A stretch of 64,000 bases of DNA, taken from NCBI RefSeq assembly GCF_037042905.1, contig NC_087252.1, positions 36,766,001 through 36,830,000 of the forward strand, given 5' to 3'. This stretch comes from Lytechinus pictus (taxonomy: Eukaryota). A program made the translations under genes and the position numbers. Positions 24,232-38,525 of this stretch are shown here, in pieces; position 1 is the stretch's first letter, and each line of letters begins with the position of its first letter. The notes under the pieces were generated by a model. That model was given only the letters and a program-made list of their open reading frames with translations. It searched no databases and was not told the DNA's origin.

Positions 24232-24454
24232 TAGACAGGAATAACCGTCGTTTCTGGGGATTTATTCAACAATTTCTGACATTTTACTATAATCCCCATT
24301 TACCAATACCAATACATTTATGTATTGGTGAGTGAGCCAACGCAGTTCAGCGGAACAACCAAAATACAGAGACTGAAGCTTTTGGTCTATTGGTGAGTGA
24401 GCCAACGCAGTTCAGCGGAACAACCAAAATACAGAGACTGAAGCTTTTGGTCTA
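24232..24454 (-). mobile_element. 223-bp deletion derivative of the TAGAC..GTCTA family
   Basis: Perfect 9-bp TSD GTCATTTGG at 24223-24231 and 24455-24463; empty site in the opposite arm near 23395-23405; terminal ~65 bp tandemly duplicated. Confidence 0.85.
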
Positions 24455-25178
24455 GTCATTTGGACACTTTTTGGAGTTTTAAAAGTGAAATATGAAGGCT
24501 TTCGTGCACACTTTTGGTGAATTTTGTGATAATTTTCAATAGAAAAATAAGTTTTCCAAAATTTAGGGGTCATCATGCCCCCGTATTGTCGTTGCGAGCA
24601 TTTTGGGGAAAAATTAACTTAACAAAAACAAAAAAACAAAAAATTATAGAAAGTAGAACGGCCTGATGCACTTACACTCACTCACTCTTTCAGCTCATAT
24701 GCACTTGATCCACTTCCATTAAGGATCCGGATTTCGGGCTAAATTCCGCCCGACAGTTCCGGGGACCAACCAACGTAATATTTCGATGAAGAGCATTTCG
24801 TCAATTCACCGGTTGTTCCCACTCGAGGTACCGTATACTAAGGTCGCACCATGAACCGCATTTTTCAGTGGATTTCTAACAAGTGGGACTCGCGTGCTCG
24901 GATCTCACTTCTGGGGGGCGTTTCATGAACATTTCCCGTCTGACATCTTGTCAGATCCGACAACTACGTCATCGTCTGACATCTTGTCAGAACTGACCAA
25001 AAAACCGTTTCATGAAGCTCGCAGCGGCCGTCTGACATCTTGTCAGACGGTTTTAATTATTACATCGTAGTGAACGAGCCTACTGACCAATTAGGCTCCG
25101 CCCCAAACTAGCGGCAAAGAAAAACATTAAAAATTCTCGCGATCGTACCCTTCTGCTGCTGCTGCTGTCTGAGCAAAG

Positions 25179-28100
25179 ATGGACACGAACACAGAAGAAC
25201 CGACGGTAAGTACAGTTTTTGAAAGTATTTGAGCCGATGAAATGAAAATAATGATATTACTTTTGCATATTGGCCTGAATATTTAGATTGCCTTGATACG
25301 GAATGGTATTGGAGCAACAGTTTAGAGGCATGAAATTGGTGCGAGAAGACTCATTGTGGTCCCACCAATGCCTTTCTGTGTTTTTTTTTACTTTCGCGAA
25401 AATGATGGTACGCGAGCTCGACAATTCTAACTTGTACTTGTAGTTGTAGTTGTACTAGATCTAGACTAAAGCTATACTTAGTCTAGGTCACTTATCCAAT
25501 GTACAAGGTTATGAAATAACCTTGTCCTGAGTTAGTAACCCCTGTGTGGTGAAATAAAGTGGGAATAATGTTTGTTTTTTTTTCTCTTGTTTGGGGGGAT
25601 AAATCAAATGCGTGATTTGTTTTGACAATGAATGTAGTAGAATGCATTCTTTTAATTATTTTTTCTGAATTAAAAAGAGAGTCTGTGACTATCTATGGAG
25701 ATGGAGATTGCCATCAATCTCAGTTTTCCACCAAAAGAGGTTGTCATAAATATCTGCCTAAAATTAAAGAGGTTTTTTTAGCGCTCTGGTGAATAAAAAA
25801 AAAAGATTCCCCAAAGACCCAAGTCTAGAAAATCAGAACTTAATCAATGGCAACTGATTTTTTTATTGTCACAAAGGGTATTTTAAAGACTTTTTGAGTG
25901 TGTGTTGTATGATGCATAGATTCATCACATACAGGGTGGTTGCAGAGTGCACATGGTCTAGGCCTAGACATAAAAAGCTGTCAGATTCTGGGGATTTATT
26001 AATAATTTCTGACATTTAACTATCATCCCCACAGAGTTTTCCAAACTCGATCGCACTTTATCTTTATGGAGCACCTCGTCCTTGAATGTAATACATTGGA
26101 TAAATGCTCTACGTCATATCTATGAGTATTATTAATAGATGTAACGTAGACCACTTATCCAATGTTCACCCATAAATATTATGATAATCTTGTCCTCAGT
26201 TAGAAACCAATGTGTGTTAAAATTACATGAATAAGATTGTCAATGTTTGACTTATTTCTCTTGATCTAGAATGGATAAATGCTTGATTTCTTGGCACAGT
26301 CAGATTTTACTACAGTAGATTCTAATTCATCATAAAAAAATATGTCTTGGCCCAAAACTAAATTGGATTCTTTAATTTTTTTTTTCTTTCTAATTAGCCT
26401 CTAAAGCAGGGATTCTCAAATGGTGGCGCGCGTGCCACTTGTTGAGCACCGAGCCTTGTGGAGTGGCGTTTGGGAGCCGGTTTAAAAAAAATAAAAATAA
26501 GGAAAAATTGGGGAGAAAAAATGTATCTACCAGTAACGTGAGGATTTGGTGATCATATTAATACAAAGAGAAAACAAAAAATCTTTACTTGAAACTTAAG
26601 TACTTATTGATTTCCTCAAATTTTGTCAAATTTAGCACTCAATAATTCTTATAATGGAGGATCGATGGTGTTCTTTTTATTTATTCTATGCTGTACAGAG
26701 TTTATGTGCCACACAAGTGATTTGAAAGCCCCGCTTGTAGGATTTCTATTTCTACGGCGAATAATTTTGCATTTCCAGAGTATACGTTTTGGTTAAGAGT
26801 TAAACATCAAATAATATGATATTCAAAGGACATCCTGATAATAACAGATAATGAATTAGGGACATAATAAGCCGAAACTTTGTTTTTGAATCCGATTAAA
26901 ATCCGAAGTTGTAAAAGTAAAATATGCTCGATGTATTGCCTGCCACGATTGCCTGCATGCACTCTTGTTTAACACGAGTTGTAGAGAGAGAGGGGGGGCA
27001 GTTTTTGGCGTTAGTGCAGTGCAACGCCTAATTTTCAGCCCATGGAAAATCAGGGACTGTAAATTCAGCCACTGGCGTACAGATTGGGGTGGGGATTGGG
27101 GCCCTAAAGTGTTTCAAGGACAAGGGGGAAAAAGGAGAAAAGGAAAGGGAATGAGTGGAATATTGCATTATTTTCTTAATATTATGTCAAAATATAGATT
27201 TTCGTATTGAAAAGTTCAACATTTTTGCTTCAGCTGCCATATCTAGCCCCCTCATTTTCTTTTTACTCATTACGCCACTTGCTTCAGCCAATAGATCTGG
27301 TGCAGAACAGTCTGAACTAGTTGTTTCATTGGTATGTTGTGAAAAAGTCATTAATCATTTTTCTTTTAATAAATATAATGTGTAGTTTGTTGGCGTTGGT
27401 ATTTTCTTCTGTTGATATTAATTAAAGCCCCTCTGGGCAATTTAAAAGGCCTAATATTCCAAAACTTCTGGGGGCTCTGCCCCCTCGACCCCCACCAGGG
27501 GCCTCTAGACCCCTTCTAAAATACTTTGCTGGTTTGCGTAATGGATAGTGGCGCATTACAGATTCTCAACAAGAAATATGGCGCTTCAAAAAAGTAATTG
27601 AGAATGGCTGCTCTAAAGAGAGTCTGTGGAGATGAAGATCTGCATCAATCTCAGTTTTCCACCCATAGAGGTCACCAAAATATGCTCAAAATGAAAGCTT
27701 TTGAGCACTCTGGACTTTCTGGTGAATAAAAATATGATTCCTAAGACTGGAACTTGGTGTTGTTGTTTTTTTTTTCTTCACAAAACTCAAAAGTGATATT
27801 TTAAAGACTTATTTTAATGTATGTTAAATGTTTAATGTATGACCCACCACAGACAGGGTGGTTGCAGAGTGCAAGTGACGTAGACTTGGTCTTGGGAATC
27901 ATTTTTTTTTTCATTCACCAGAGTGCTAAAAATCTTTAATTTTGTCATTTCGAGCATATTTTTGAGACAATTACCATTGTTATAAATTTAACTTCAACCT
28001 TGGAAAAATTACATGATTTTTTTTAGCAGGATGCTGAATGAGCACTTCATCATTGATATTTTTTGTAACATGAACTTTAGTGAAATTAGGTCTGATTTTG

Positions 28101-31100
28101 ATGTATAAAATGGGCCAGTGTTCATTGTAAATTCCATCCATTCTTTATTTTTAAATTTTCCATTGTTTTGAAACAGGATGGACCGAGAGTAACATATAAC
28201 GATGCCCAAGTACAGGCAATATGTTCATATGTGAGAGAGAATTACACTGAATTATTTCCATGTAGTGACAAGCCAAATGTAAGTACCACTTTATTGTAGA
28301 AACCATGACATTGTTTGATCCAAGTACCAGTTTAATTCATATGCAGACAATAGTTATTACAGGATTCTTATTTCTGTAACTTGTATCGCAATCTTCCCAA
28401 TATTTCAAAGAAATTTTATTATTGCTATCAATTTTATAAGGTCAAAATTAAAGAAATAATCATCCAGAATCGAGTTTTGTTTTATGAAGGTCCCTGCAAC
28501 ATTCAATAGTATGCATGCAAATTATCCTATAATCCTATTCAGCTTCATCTTTTTGAATGCAAGTTATCATTTTTAATTTGTCTTTCTCAACCCTCTTTTC
28601 ACCTCTTGCCATTTTCTCCATATCCTCCCAATCTTCCTCACAAAACATGTTTTGTTTCATTCAATGTTCCCAAATTGTTTTACTTGATAAATTGTATAAT
28701 TGATCTTGTTTAAATTTCATTTCATATGCTTCATTAAATGAATGAATCTTGATTTGATTTTGAACTTTTAAAGTGTTTCTTGTGGTCATCAGCACAGACT
28801 TTTTATTGTTAAAAAAATATTGACATACACCTTTTTACATTTACAACATACAATGAACTAAATCTGTTTAATAAATAAAGAAATTATTAGTCTAGTAATG
28901 AAAATGGTAAAATTTATGTTCAAAATATCTAGAACATTTCATAATTTTTGTCTCGCCTGCATAGCATAGCGAGACTATAGGCGCCTCGGAAAAACCGAAT
29001 TGACATTTTCTTCAATCTCATTTATCCACATTTTTTCCGATGGCGACGATAGCAGCGGCGACGACGGCAGCGTCAACAATGAAATCTTGACCAAGGTTAA
29101 TTTTATGAAATGTCATAACTTAGAAAGTATATGGACCTACTTCATGAAACTTGGACATAAGGGTAACCAAGTATCACTGCTCATTCTGCACAAATTTCCA
29201 GGTCACATTATGAAGGTCAAAGGTCATTTAAGGTCAATGAACTTGGACCATGGTTAAGTTTTTTTGAAATGTCAACATAACTTTAAAAGTTTAAAGGCCT
29301 TTTTCATGATACTTGAACAAAGGATTAAACAAGTATTGCTGATTATCTTGCATCAGTGTCAGGTCACATGATCAAGGTCAAAGGTCATTTAGGGTAAATG
29401 AACGAACGTTAACCATCAGCACTGCTGCTGTATTGAATTGCGTAATGCAGGCGAGACTGCCAGAGGCGTTCCACTTGTTATTGAGTGTGTGTCATTCAGA
29501 ACAAAACATCAAATTTGATAAACAAAACACAGATTTAATGCATTTTTTCGTCTACCTTTCAGACCAAAGGACGTGTTGCAGAGGCATGGGACAGGGCAGC
29601 CACCACATTGATGAGTGGTGGTCTGCCCATTTCTAATGCCAAGAAGGCCCCTGGTGTGCACCTCCGTGACCTATGGCACAAGATGGTGTCGAGGGCCAAA
29701 AAGTACCGTGATGACCGTTCACGTACAGGTAAGATTGAGACATATTTCACGAACCTTGGTTACATTTTGAAATTATTGTATGTTCTACATTTGAACACTT
29801 TGAATGCCCGTCGACAATGGGTGATTTCAAGTTCGGTGTTGGCCTTGGTGTTGGTGTTAGTGTTGAAATTTCGATTGCTTCCCCTAGCTCCAAAACTTAT
29901 TCAGAGTTTGTAAAACTGATCCAGATCACATTATTGACATCTCAACAACTAGTGAGTGACTTTTCGGGACCATCCTCATTTTATGTTTGGTGTAATAATT
30001 GTGTAAAAATTGACCCAACACCAACACCAAAAGGTCAACACTGAACTTGAAATCACCCAATATGTGTCCTGTTGTAACAATTTGTTTTTTCCTTGTGAAT
30101 TTATTCATCGTAGGATTTTAACAAGTATTGGTTCATATAATATAGAATAAGATGCATGAAATACAAAAATTCCATGCTTGTTGATGAAATTGATTGATCA
30201 TTGGAACCTTTGTAATGTTGTATCCTGTGCAAATTTGATTACTGTTTGTGCCAATTAGAATGCTGTTCATGTTTAATTGAATTCGATTTTCCTAAAAGTC
30301 AATCACATGTTGAAATCAAATGGACCTTAAATATTTGCTAAATAATTTTGATAGACATTGACAATTGATTTCACATCATAATGAAGGAACTTTCATTTAT
30401 CCCAACGATAAGTTCATGAAGTTAGCAGGAAAATCCTTTAAACACATTAACTCATCTTAATAGGTGGTGGCCCTCGACCCAGATTCCATCAGCGCCATGA
30501 AATGGTCATGGAGGTGCTACCTAAACCTGCATGCATGGGCTTTCTTGGCCAAGAGAGCGAAGGAGGGAATTTAATTGCCTTAGTGAGTAATCATTTCTAA
30601 TGCTTCATTTGCAACTCTTCTGTCATTCATATATTTCATGTATCCTCTGTATATTTCTTCTTCTCTTCTTACAATGGAAACAGAAACTTTGTCTGCAAAC
30701 ATACACCACCAGTTCTTGTGAAAACAATTACATAAGAATGCAAGAGTGGTGCCAAAGCACACCTGTGAATCTTGTACTACTTATTCTTCTCTTTCTCCTT
30801 TTCAAATCTACCTTTTGCTCTTGTTCATCTCCTAGATCTTCAATATTTACATTTCTATATTTGTTATAAAAATGAGGAAAATTGCCCGCTTTTTTTTTGG
30901 GAGGGGGGTACCTTTTAAGAAGCCTAGATTCCCTCCCCCCTAAATAAAACAAAAATTATGCATGTTGTTAATTGTAGTTTTACCATTTGATAAAACTAGT
31001 AAATTTTATGATCTGTGCAATCTCCCCTCCCAATTTCTCTCTTTCTCTCTTTCTTTTTTTTGAAATTTTCCAATAGAAAGGGCATATTATCGCTTTACCC

Positions 31101-32120
31101 TAGAGACACCATTTTTTCAGTTTTCTAAAATGCAAATCTTGATGTTCTAAACATCAAAGTTTACATTTTCATTAGACATTTTATGAACATGTCACCCGGT
31201 ATACAGATACTTTTTTACTTGAAGAATAGATAGTGAAAGCAGCGTTAATTCGTAGATACTGCTTTGAACTGATTTTTTTTTTTTTTGATTTGGAAATGAT
31301 TTTCAGGATTATACAGATTTTTTTTTCTGTTTACTTTCTTAAATTGCAAAAAAAATAGATTTGCATGTTCTTTCTATGTTCCTCAAACTCTTTCATTTTA
31401 TTCATCACAGAAAAATGGAGTCTCTACAGCTTTCTTACTTAAAAAGGATGTAATGAAATTAGACCTTAAATGACACACAAAAAAAATGATATTTGTAATA
31501 TTCTTATGAAAATATCAATTTAATGATACATGCACTATTAACGATGATCTACAGTAATAAATCTTTTTTTGGATTAATGAAAAATATTTACAAAGTCTAA
31601 ATGAGTTTTTGTTTTTTCATTGCTGATTAAAAAGTCTCTGTATTTCAAAGGTAAAAAAAATTAACATTTTACTGTATTTAAATTTCAGCTAACGAATACG
31701 GAAGACTTTGATAACATGGAAGAGCAATATCAGACAACACGGCAGCATCAACAACAGCAGCAGCGGCAGCAACAACAGCAACAACACCAGACACAGCAAC
31801 AACACCAGACAGGGCAACAACAGCAACAACACCAGACACAGCACCAGACCCAACAACAACACCAGTCACTCCAGACCCAGCAACAGCAAGTGCAACCTTT
31901 GAATGAACACCATCAACAAGATCGACGGCAAAAACCACAGCATTCTAACCTTCGACAAGTGCGAAAAAGGAAAGCAGATTATCAGTGGGAGTTGCTGGAG
32001 TGTGAAAAGGAAAAGCTAGGTGTAATGAGGCAGAGACTAGAGGTTGAGAGAGAAAAAGTTCAAGTATTGAAGCAAATATTTAACAAACTTAGTGGCAATG
32101 TGTCAGAGAATGAATCATAA
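25179..32120 (+). CDS. Harbinger ORF2: Myb/SANT-like DNA-binding protein with Q-rich tract and coiled coil (281 aa)
   Basis: join(25179-25205,28177-28278,29563-29728,30464-30582,31689-32120); all GT-AG with matched phases. RVTYNDAQVQAICSYVRENYTELF..KGRVAEAW..LRDLWHKMVSRAKK..RTGGGP. Confidence 0.85.
26407..27610. mobile_element. hAT (Charlie-like) MITE in Harbinger ORF2 intron 1
   Basis: CAGGGATTCTCAA ... TTGAGAATGGCTG; perfect 8-bp TSD CTCTAAAG. Confidence 0.85.
28945..29479 (+). mobile_element. Helentron-associated (HINE/DINE-like) non-autonomous element
   Basis: T-run plus subterminal IR GTCTCGCCTGCA ... TGCAGGCGAGAC, GCG-rich microsatellite, internal ~150-bp tandem unit, 3' CTTGTT. Confidence 0.55.
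29819..30058. mobile_element. Tourist/PIF-type MITE
   Basis: TIR GGGTGATTTCAAGTTC(G/A)GTGTTG; 3-bp TSD AAT. Confidence 0.75.
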
Positions 32121-32432
32121 TTCCATAAACAATTTTGATAGAGTAAAGAAAGTAATAACTATAAAGACCAATTTTGGAATAGTTAGAACAATCACGGTTT
32201 GAATGAAAGTGATTGGAAATAATTGCATTTATCATTAAATGCACACAAAGGTACTGTGTTCTAATTTGTTTCATTAGATATGGTTTCAAATGAAAACTTA
32301 CAATTGATGATTAGGAATTTTATAGCAACCAGACAATAGTAAAGGACTTTTCCTCAAAAGTTTGGTATTAAAACCGATGACAGATAAATTTTGGTACAAG
32401 TAAATTTAAAGGATGACAAACTGACAGTTGAT

Positions 32433-35400
32433 TTATGCAAAAAAACTACGAATGATGTCATCTCTAACTTGTTTTCCTGTCATGGCATCCCCCTCTTCAT
32501 TGAGGTCGTTGGCTTCATCACCAGCGTCGTCGTCAACCCTCTCCTGTTCAACCTCTGGCTGCTTCATCTGCTTGCTTATGTTATGAAGGCAGGCACATGC
32601 CGTTATCACATCGCTCGCTCGTTCTGGAATCATGTTGAGCCCTCCACCAATCAGGCAACGGAATTTAGACTTCAATTGTCCGTTGACTTGTTCTATCACA
32701 ACTCTGGTGCAACTGTGAGCTCTGTTTGAAAATGAGAGAGAGAGAAGATTAATAGGACTACTAATTTCCTTCTCAGAGGTCTTTTAACCCTAACTAGGCC
32801 TGGTTTTTTTGGTTGTTCTGTGGCCGTAGGGGGTTGATTTACCCCCCCCCCCCGGCCGTTTTTTGTCTTAAGGAAGAAACAATGTTATCTATGATGATCT
32901 CAGGATTTTTTTTTTCTTGCTCCTTTACTCTTACACATGATTATTGTGAGTGAAGTTTCAAATGCCATGTTATCTGTTGTAAGATAAATATGATATTGGT
33001 ATACAGTGGACAGGTAATGCAGTAGGTATTATTAACTAAGAAAATGGTGGCATTGATTGTTACATACTGATTGTATCTTCTCTCTCCTCGTGTTCTTGGC
33101 AGTGGTACCGGTGTCATTAGCCATGATTGGAGGCCGTAGCCAGAGTCCCCCAGCAACAATCCATTTAGTGCTCCTTCTCTGAAGGCCTGGGCAATTACGC
33201 TGGTCTGTTGAAATGAGAGCAAGACATTTCATATGAAAATTTCCCCCTCAGTTCTTCTGGCATTTGTATAAAGAGTGACTAACATTGTAACTTTAGCTTC
33301 ATTATTGCTCTATACCACAATTTGCTTCCTTCTGGCTTGAATTAGCAGTGGTTGTTATTGACAAAATCCCCAATCTATAGCTATGAGGTACATTTACATT
33401 TTTTAGTATTCATTGTACTGAAAATTTCTTTTTGTTCAGTATAATGTTTCCAAATTCCTAGTTATGGCTCCAGGTTCATTTTATAGCCCTACTTATGTAT
33501 TCATCTAACTTTAAATAATAATAATAATATACAACATTTATAAAGCACTTTATACAGTTCAAGAATACTAACTGAGTCATGTTGATTTTTTTTTTCATGT
33601 TATCTATTTTTTTTTGGGGGGGGAGGGGGAAGGGAGGATAAAAAACCTTCAAATCTTACCCTGCAAATCCTGCTATCGTGCGTAGATCCAGGCCATCGAG
33701 CAGAAATGCTTGTTATCTCATACAGGGCATTGCATGTTAGTTGGACATTTATACTGTAGAAGCCCTTTCTGTTTACATAGAGATGTTCGGCTGCTCCTAG
33801 GGGGACTCCATTGATCCGAACATGAGTACCGTCAATAGCCCCAACCACGTTGGGAAAGCTTGCCAGGAGGAAGAAACGTCTTTGGGTATCACGCACTTCT
33901 TCTTGTGTGCAGGGAAATTTAATGAACTGTAGAAAAATGATTGATAAAAAAAGAATTGTTTGAATATTCAGACTCTCTTCATTTGAGATTAAGGCTAATG
34001 AAGCTTGCCTGCAAGGTATAAGAACTTGCTTTGTTGTTTTAACCAAGTATCCGATATATTGTGTTAACAAATGAAATAATATATGTACATATATATATAT
34101 AGATATTGATTAACTCAATCGTATGCTCATATTGTACAACATCCAGTTAGCAGGTCAATATTTGTACATAAAATTACACATGTGCTAAATGTCCAGCAAG
34201 TAAGAAATGTCTTTAAATTATTTGTAAATATGCATGATTTAGAATAATTATCATATAAAATTGAACAGAAGATATGAATATTTTTTCAATGAAAATGTTA
34301 ACAGCAAAATTCCACACTAACACTCATGTGTATTTCTTTGATGTATTTTCTTGAAATTTGAAATAATTTATTAACTGCATGCTTACTTTCACATATTGTA
34401 TTTTCTACAGAAAAGTAAAACAATTGTTGTACAAACATATTTATTTGATGCAGGATACAAATGAATATTGGATATTGTTATTGAAAAATATATATTTGAA
34501 TTTAACACAGTATTGTTTAAAATAGCAATATATAGTACAAGTAATATATGAAAATAAGATACATGTTTGATGATTATTTATTAATAAATTCCAATCCCAG
34601 AATTAAAGCAATTGCCTCCCTATATTTCTTTACTTTTTGGATGCTGTCTCTGTTTTGCATATTTTCCAGGTAACTAACAATTGCTGTAAATACATATTTT
34701 ATGTGGTGGGTAATTATAAATGATAATATTTATGAATGAATTTTGTAATACCTGTATTTGTGAATTTAAAGAAAATATTTAAAATAACTGCCAGTAGTAA
34801 TTAATGAAAAAATATGATGTGTAAAATGAAATTGATTAATTAATGTTAGCAATAAAATTGTATGCTGTAAATTATAATAGATAACTTGCTTGCTTCTATT
34901 CCTTTACTTTTTGCAGATGGTATAGGGGATTAGCAATGAGCTGCCTTTATTTTTCCATCTTTCATGAAAATGTTCACATCTTCTACAGTTGATATGTTCA
35001 TCTTTTTATAAGTTTTGAAATAAGAAAAAAATCATTGAGTTTTTTTAAGAAACATAATTAACTTGTAACATGTAGATTTACATATCTAATAAACCCTAGA
35101 AATATGAATAATAACTTTCCAAGATATAGAGAATGCAGCTTTTTGATCCACCAATGTTGGATCTTTTTCATAAAGGGCTATTGAGAATATTTCTCCCCAC
35201 TGCCTGTTCACTAATTTCTTTAGTATCTTGCTTCTACCTTCTCTAATTATAACTGCATCAGTATTTCTCATTTCATATTAGAAATAAATGCTTTATTCGA
35301 GAATCAGCATCGTTAACCAGTAAACAAATATTTTTTGTTTAATTATCCAACATATCAAAATTGATTTAAAATTGAGGGTGGGATAGGTTTATAATCAATC

Positions 35401-37227
35401 ATCATCAACATCAATCATGATCATCACTGTCGCCATCAGGGGTGTCGATCCAGAGGGAGATATGGAGATATTGGCCTAAATATAAGGTCTTGGGGCCATG
35501 GACCCCAGAAGTTTCATGATCAAAAGGAGGGTAGAAAAAAGAGAAGGAAGAAGGGTTAATATGATGTTTTTTAAAATGTCAAAATGCATCAAAAATTTTA
35601 TTTATATCAAAATGTCAAAATTTTTGCTAGTTCGTTTTGCGGGTTCAATTTTTTTTTACCCCATAGGCCTACATAAATCGGGCCCCTCAAATTTGGCTAA
35701 CTGTGCCACCCCACCCCGTCTAAATTAAAAATAAAGGGAAAAGAAAATTGTGAGAACCCCCCCCCCCACCCCCAGAAGGGGGTCTTCATATTCATAGAAT
35801 AAAGTCAATTGCTGTCAACTTAAAAAAAAATTGACAAGCCAAAAAGAAAAAAGAAGGAAAAGTGGTCTTTAATGACTACCAAATGAAGGTGATTTTTAAT
35901 CTTCCCAAAAGTAGCATACCCAACAAAAATTTAGGGGGGTTCACCCCTCTTTGCAAGGGTTGTGGATTTAGTTGTTCATGAGAAATAAATGCTGTATTTC
36001 AATTTGTTTTGTCTTATGAGAAACCAGTTATACAAATGATTTGTAGAGAAATATGCATTGGTTTGAGATATGTCGTCATTAAAACACAAGATCAAAAGGC
36101 ATGCAGGTACAAAATTAGGTGTATCAACCTCCCAGGATTTGTTTAAAATATAATTTTTATCATTATTTCTGAAGTATTCCACTGCGGCCCGAAATGACAT
36201 TGAAATATTCTTCGAAATGCCGCCAGCTTTCGACCATGTGTAAACAACCCTGGACAAAATGTAAACAGTACGGTGTACAGTTGTGGTCACGACAGTCTTC
36301 CGTTCTCTGAGAACTGTAGAACTTCGGCTTAATTGAAGAATGACCTTCCAAAATGTTCATAAACTGATGTAAGTAATACAGATCTCTAGGCATATCAACT
36401 GTTTTTATCTAACTTGAAATATTTGGAGTTTTTGGACGCAAACAGCTGCAGTCTTGCAGACATGGACGTACAGTTATACGATCGAGTTGTATTGACAATA
36501 CTATTGACTTTTGTGTTTGCAGACGACATACAATCGCCAACAATATTTGGTATGTATGGGACTGAAGTGAAGGCTGTGCGGTGCAACGAGAAGTGAGTGC
36601 GATCGATCGATGACGATGGTCAATCGCACTCTTCTTTCCCCCATATCGACTTGAAAGAAAAAGAAATAAAATGAACGAAATACATTATATCAATCTTGCT
36701 CTCAGGATCATGACTTTTCAATATTTTAGGACCCCACTATATAACTTACTTAGTGTATTCTAGAGACTAGGCTAGATCTAAGTAAAAAAAACTTTTTTAT
36801 TCATGATGGCCAAAGTTAGACTGTCTCTACGACGTAGTAGAACTAGATCCAAATTAATAGAAAAGGACAATTAAGAACTTACCTCATCTCTTTTAGAGCA
36901 CAAAGCAAGTGTCACCCTTCTTATGACTCTTGATGCTGTTGATCTACTGCAGCCGTGGATAGTGGCTGAACTATCCAGCACAGATCCCGTGGCATAGAAC
37001 CTCAGTGCTACAAAAATTTGCAGTGCTGGGGTCAGTGCATTACTCCTTTTAGTATTGTGTTTCAATTCATCTCCAATATAATCAATAATGAAGCTTACAC
37101 CATCTCTGGTGAATCGATATTTTCTGAACATATCTCTGTCATCGCACAGTTCAAAAGGATTGGATTTGTCGCGAAAAACACGCTCCCTATGCAGAGCGGC
37201 TCCAACCATAGCATTCACTAACGCCAT
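32433..37227 (-). CDS. Harbinger DDE transposase (HARBI1-like fold, 345 aa), intact
   Basis: complement join(37227-36883,33926-33660,33204-33068,32721-32433); GT-AG, phases 0/0/2. Motifs ALRFYATG, GAIDGTHV, YVNRKG, ARWPGSTHDS, LLGDSGY, YNQAHSCTRVVIEQ..G.LK..FRCL, CACLHNI. Confidence 0.93.
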
Positions 37228-37839
37228 CTTGGTTGTCATGTGCAGTGGACTTGTCGGATGAAATTTTGACTTGTCGGATGAAATTGGCATTTGTCGGTAG
37301 GTAAAGGGTGACCGACCAAATTCAAGATACTTGTCGGATCAAATTAGAGCACTTGTCGGATTTTTCATCCGACAAAGTTTCATGAAATGGAAAGTTGTCG
37401 GACGAATAAAAGTTGTCGGATAAAATGGGACTTGTCGGATAAAACGTCCGACAAGTCCTTTCATGAAACGCCCCCCGGGTGTCCACAACACGCAACTTCT
37501 ATGGCTTAATTTTTCTGTGCGCGACAACATGTAATGAACCCTTTGGTTGTTCCTACGATCAGAGAGAAAAGGTGAAATACACGCGCGCCTACGGGGATTG
37601 TCAACTGTAGGAAAAATCGTATAAAATTACACTTTTTGATATTTCTACGAAGACGAAGTTATATAGAAAATGAAGAATATTACAATCAGACCATATCCCT
37701 ACAAAATTGCTTCAAGAAATGCCATTATGAAGAGGAAACGGACAAAAATTTGTGAAGAAAAATCACGAAAAAGGAAATCGCATCATGAATATTCATATCA
37801 TGGGCGGTCCCACATTTGCATGTTATAGCGAGTTCTCCA

Positions 37840-38525
37840 TTATTTAATAAATAATGGTTATTTGTATATTAATAATGATTATTTGTATACAATGGCAAAC
37901 TGTAAAAATTGTTTATAAATAATGATTATTTATAAACAATGGGATATTGAAACAAAATTATTATTTATAAATAATGAAGAAGATATTTTATTATTTAACA
38001 CATAATCTTTATTTATAAATAATGAATAACTCGAACATTAAATAATGATTATTTATAAATAATGAAGTAGACGTTTTCATTATTTAACAAATAATCATTA
38101 TTTATAAATAATGGGAAACTCAACAAATTATTTATAGATAAAGAAATGTGCACTGGCATTGTTAATAAATAATAATTATTTATAAATAATAGAAAACTTA
38201 TTTATAAATAATGGAAAAACGAATTGCAATTATTTATAAATAATGAAGTATGTAGTGTCATTATTTGTAAATAATGAAAAACGAAAATCATTATTTACAA
38301 ATAATAAAAGACAAATAATCATTATTTATAAATAATGAAAAACAAATAATCATTATTTATAAATAATGAAAAACAAATAATCATTATTTATAAATAATGA
38401 AAAACAAATAATCATTATTTATAAATAATGAAAACAAATAATCATTATTTATAAATAATGAAAATCAAATAATCATTATTTATAAATAATGAAAAACAAA
38501 TAATCATTGTTTATAAATAATGGAA
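37840..38525. repeat. AT-rich ~30-bp tandem repeat (right arm)
   Basis: Reverse complement of the array at 21870-22620. Confidence 0.9.

Larger units (their letters stand above)
24914..37475. mobile_element. Full-length PIF/Harbinger DNA transposon (12,562 bp)
   Basis: 16-bp TIR GGGGGCGTTTCATGAA / TTCATGAAACGCCCCC; 3-bp TSD CTG / CGG (empty site CTTCTGGTGTCC in the opposite foldback arm); convergent transposase and Myb-like genes. Confidence 0.95.

Noticed and set aside
32433-37227. Domesticated host HARBI1 gene
   Set aside because: Enclosed by TIRs and a TSD, paired with ORF2 and inserted in another transposon.
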